DNA from: the human T2T-CHM13v2.0 reference genome, Homo sapiens | Length of the DNA: 64,000 nt | Direction: 5' to 3' (one strand) | Assembly (NCBI RefSeq): GCF_009914755.1 | Contig: NC_060934.1 | Shown here: positions 60,192 through 64,000 of the stretch, piece by piece | Position numbering within the stretch: position 1 is the stretch's first letter | Layout of the letters: each line of letters opens with the position of its first letter | Notes under the pieces: model-generated | Databases searched by the model: none | Told to the model about the DNA's origin: nothing | The model's input: only the letters and a program-made list of their open reading frames with translations | Program-made: the position numbers and the translations under genes

Positions 60192-61989
60192 CTCAGTATA
60201 TAGTCTTTTTTATTTTTTTTATCTTTCTACTCTTTATTTTTAATCTTTTGGGATTCAGGAAGGTTTGTATTTTTGTACAAGTAGTTACTTTTATGCTAGT
60301 ACCATTTTATGATACTTTGGTCTCTCCTCTTGTGACTTTTATTTATTGATTGCCTACTATTTTAAAAATATTAAAATTAGCTAGTAGTCTCTTCTTTACA
60401 CTCTCATTCTTCTCCCTAGCTTCTAATATGAAATATCATTTTGCTCCCAGTTAATACCAATAAGTCCAACAATGAGCTTATCCTTTTCTTCATAAATGCT
60501 TCCCATTTTTGATAGCTGTACAGCATCAATATGGTGAGAGACCTGGGCTACCTCTCTCCTTATAACCATGAGTTATATATTTAAGCTCGCCAGCAGTCCT
60601 TTTGCCAATGTCCCTCAGTCATTTTAGTTGCCCACAACTCTTTCTCCATTAGAGCAAGGCTCAAGGTAACAATTGCCCTAAGTTCTTGCATATTCATGAG
60701 AATTTGTCTGCGGCCGTATTTATCCTTGAAAGAGAGCTTGGCTGGATATAAAATTATTGGTTCACATTTTCTTTCCTTGGGTATCTTAAATATGTAATTC
60801 TGTTGCCTTCTGGTATGAATTGTTGCTGTTGAAAAGTCTGATTACAATTTGAGTGTCTCTCCCTTAAAATGACTTGACTTTTTCATATGAATGTCCAAAG
60901 ATTATTTTCTTTTTCCTGTCATTTTACATATTTTTATTAAAAGTCCTTAAGTTTTTTTCTCGAATATAGCCATTCTGTGTCAATGTAGACACATTGTTTG
61001 CCCTTTCAACTTTCAGTTTCAAGTGATTTATTTCAGGAAACTTTTCTTGCAAATTTTATAAAACATGGCCATGTAGACACATTGTAGGGGCCCCTTCCAA
61101 GGTCTTGGAAGGGGACAGTACAAGTGCTGGTCCCTGATGCTGAGGCTTTGTAATAAACCCACCTCTGTGGGGCCATCAGGGTTAATACTTCTAATTTCTA
61201 TACTTCAGTAAGCTACTATTTTATTGAACAGTCCTTTCCTGGGGAACTCCTCTAAATCCTCTGCATCCTAAATTGTACCAAGAGGCAATTATGGCCAAGG
61301 GCTACCTCTTACTAAGCTGCAAAAATTTTAAACAGTAGGAGCATAATATACTCCAGGAGTGACTGTTTTCCCACACCTCTGATGGTCATGCTCTCTCAGG
61401 GCTCTGTGTCTTTGGGCATCTTTAAACAGTGGCTCCAAGTCAGTGGATGTTTATTGAGAGGTCAATTATGCCCAGCACTGTACTAGTCACATATGAAAAT
61501 TAGTTAATGGGAATAAAGTATATGGAACAATGTCTAGCACAGAGTAAATCATTGTTATTATTATTACTCTGAACAGACATAAAGGCTGATCCCAAGACAT
61601 TGAGCGTCCTGAGCGACCAGTATTGGTATTCGCTACCTTTCCAATCTGACCCCCGGACCCTCTGCCTGCTGTGGACATTCAGACTTCTTTTCCATTATCT
61701 CCTGTAGTCTATTCTACTTTTTTTGTAATCACGCCCTTATTTGTTGCTGGAAAACCACCTCCACCAAACTCTCATTCCTTGTTATTGGAAGAGACATGGC
61801 CTCATCCCAGCTCCAAGGGAAGCATATGAGGTAAATCTCAGCCAATCCGTGAAGATCACATTGTTTTGGGCACAGTAATTGATTGAAGGATGAACACATG
61901 ACCAATCAGAAGCAACAAGATGTAACAAGATGTCTTTTAGCTATCCAAGGAAAGATATACTATTTTCTGCTGAGAGAATTCAGGGTCTG

Positions 61990-62468
61990 ACTTGCACACG
62001 TATGTTTATAGTAGCACAATTAACAATTGCAAAGATGTGGTACCACTGACTAAGTGCCCATTGACTGAATGGATAAATAAAATGTGGTGCATATACACCA
62101 TGGAATACTACTCAGCCATTACAAGCAACGAAATGATGTCTTTCTCAACAACCTGGATTGGAGCTGGAGGCCATTATTCTAAGTGAAATAACACAGGAGT
62201 GGCAAACCAAAAACCATATGTTGTCACTCATAAGTGGGAGCTAAACTGTGAGTAAGCAAAGGCATACAGAGTGGACTTAGATGCTCAGAAGGGGGAGAGT
62301 AGGAGGGGGACTAAGAATTTTAAAACTACACATTAGGTACAATGTACACTACTCAGATGACAAGCGCACTAAAATCTCAAAATTCACCGCTCTATAATTC
62401 ATCCATGTAACAAAAACCACTTGTACCCCAAAAGCTATTGAATTAACATTAAAAAAATTAAAATAAAA
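61990..62468 (+). mobile_element. 5'-truncated L1PB-type 3' end
   Basis: ATATACACCATGGAATACTACTCAGCC...AACCACTTGTACCCCAAAAGCTATTGAA. Confidence 0.9.
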
Positions 62469-62507
62469 TGTTTCACCCTCAAACTCACAACCATTTAAAA
62501 AAAAAAG

Positions 62508-62800
62508 GGCCAGGTGCAGTGGCTCACGCCTCTAATCCCAGCACTTTGGGAGGCCGAGGCGGGCGGACCACTTGAGGTCAGGAGTTCAAGATCAGCCTGG
62601 CCAACACGGTGAAACCCCGTCTGTACTAAAAATACAAGAATTAGCCAGGTGTGGTGGTGTACGCCTGTGATCCCAGCTACTCAGGAGGCTGAGGCAGGAG
62701 AATCGCTTGAACCCGGGAGGCAGAAGTTTCAGTGAGCGGAGATGACACCATGCACGCCACCCTGGGCAATGGAGCAGGACTCCATCTCAGGAAAAAAAAA
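62508..62800 (+). mobile_element. AluS
   Basis: Dimeric Alu sitting in an A-tract. Confidence 0.96.
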
Positions 62801-63102
62801 GACAGAGAGAGAGACAGAGAGAATGCAAGGTCTGGAGCTGTTGCAGCCCCTCTGTGACATGAGAGAAAAGACTGTCTGGGATGAAGCCCATAACTGAAGT
62901 CAAACAATAAGAAGTAGAAACACAGGGTCTGGACATTTTTTGATGAATGTCCAGATGGATACCTAAAGCTATGCCTGGCTCTCACTCATGTGAAACAATA
63001 GATTCCTTCTATCTTCAGCTGGTGGGTGTTGGGGTTTGTTATTTACAACCAAAAGTATTAAGTGGCACACAATTTGCTCTTGTTTTCTGTTAATTTTACT
63101 AT

Positions 63103-63555
63103 TAAAGAACACTGAAATATCCCTCTGTAAGACACTGGGGATTTTAGCTAAAGTTAAAAGGTTGAGACACAGCCGCACACTCTGCCCCTCTCTCTGCCTT
63201 TATCAGCTCAGAAACAGAGCTCTGAGATAGCAGTGTCAGAGGATCTAGGAGCTGACTTCACTCTCCCCATAAATTTTCTTTCCCACATTGTCTTGCCTTA
63301 TAGAAGCCTGAAAATACTCTCTTGTCTTGTCACTATAGAAGATTTATGGTTCTTTGTTAAAATACTACTTAAGCAAGGCCCCTAAGCCACTGCCTTGAGA
63401 AAGAAATACTTTTGAAGTGAGGCCTCTCCCCCATGATGGGTAGAACATGCATTAACAAAACTTTTTCTTTTGTTTATCTGACTTTTGCTTTCAGGAAAGC
63501 ATCTCAGCTAAGAACCTATAAAGGGAAAGGAAAAAAATTATGTTTTCTCCCTACA
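63103..63555 (+). mobile_element. MER34/MER4-group ERV1 solo LTR
   Basis: End TTTGTTTATCTGACTTTTG...AAGAACCTATAAAGGG...TTTTCTCCCTACA; 4-bp TSD CTAT. Confidence 0.6.
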
Positions 63556-63920
63556 CTATCTTCTGTGTGTCTCCATAATGTTCCACTTTTCTACCTTTGT
63601 TCAGCTTAATCCTTCTATCTGGGATGGCCTTTTGCTCATTCCTGCATATCTGAAATTCTCTTCATTTTTCCAGAGTTTAGGTCAAATGATGCCTTTTCTA
63701 TAAGGAATTTAGTAAAGTCTTCAGGGAAGATGAGGCATCAGCTCAGCAACTGACTCCCAAATGGTTTAAGAGACCAATGTTCTGTGTGTTGCACTTGTAC
63801 CTTTCTTATAACTGTGTAACTGTTTTGAATTTTTCATAGATTCAAAGAGTGTAAGCTCTTTGACAGACTTGTCATCAATAGAGAGACCTTCACAACCATA
63901 TTATTAATATAATAACACTC

Positions 63921-64000
63921 GGCCAGGCGCAGTGGCTCACGCCTGTAATCCCAGCACTTTGGGAGGGCGAGGCAGGTGGATCACGAGGTCAGGAAATCGA
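63921..64000 (+). mobile_element. Alu 5' part (AluY/Sc-like), cut by window end
   Basis: GGCCAGGCGCAGTGGCTCACGCC...GGATCACGAGGTCAGGAAATCGA. Confidence 0.95.

Larger units (their letters stand above)
61700..63065 (+). mobile_element. LTR33-like ERVL LTR, split by an L1+Alu insertion
   Basis: CTCATCCCAGCTCCAAGGG...ACACATGACCAATCAG; after insertion GGAGCTGTTGCAGCC...TTATTTACAACCAAAAG. Confidence 0.55.

Noticed and set aside
60983-61085. 15-bp direct repeat ATGTAGACACATTGT, plus other short duplications near 1867, 17082, 28345 and 56171
   Set aside because: Short slippage or repair duplications are common, and no enclosed element is evident.

Overview
Primate (very probably human) genomic DNA, repeat-dense and apparently intergenic or intronic. 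I found no CpG island, protein-coding exon or RNA gene that I can support, and I could not identify the locus. The ORFs in the track are L1 fragments, Alu read-throughs or chance ORFs. The window holds about a dozen Alu/FLAM copies and two near-full-length, dead, minus-strand L1s (L1PB1-like 36.8-43.3 kb; L1PA7/8-like 48.0-54.4 kb inside a Charlie1a). It also has many MaLR/ERV solo LTRs, L2/MIR relics and DNA-transposon relics. Four things are not explained by ordinary repeat annotation. (1) A ~275-bp templated composite insertion at 9383-9658, built from a direct copy of 5877-5966 (~96% identical) and an inverted copy of 10191-10372 (~93%). (2) A second, older 156-bp inverted repeat in apparently unique DNA (19800-19955 / 20910-21065, ~83%). 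(3) An L1 with a short 3' transduction. (4) An Alu inserted into an L1 target-site duplication. Regulatory candidates include a strong CTCF motif and a long GGAA microsatellite. Repeat subfamily names come from recognising consensus motifs by eye. Boundaries of old repeats are approximate. Identities were counted by hand.
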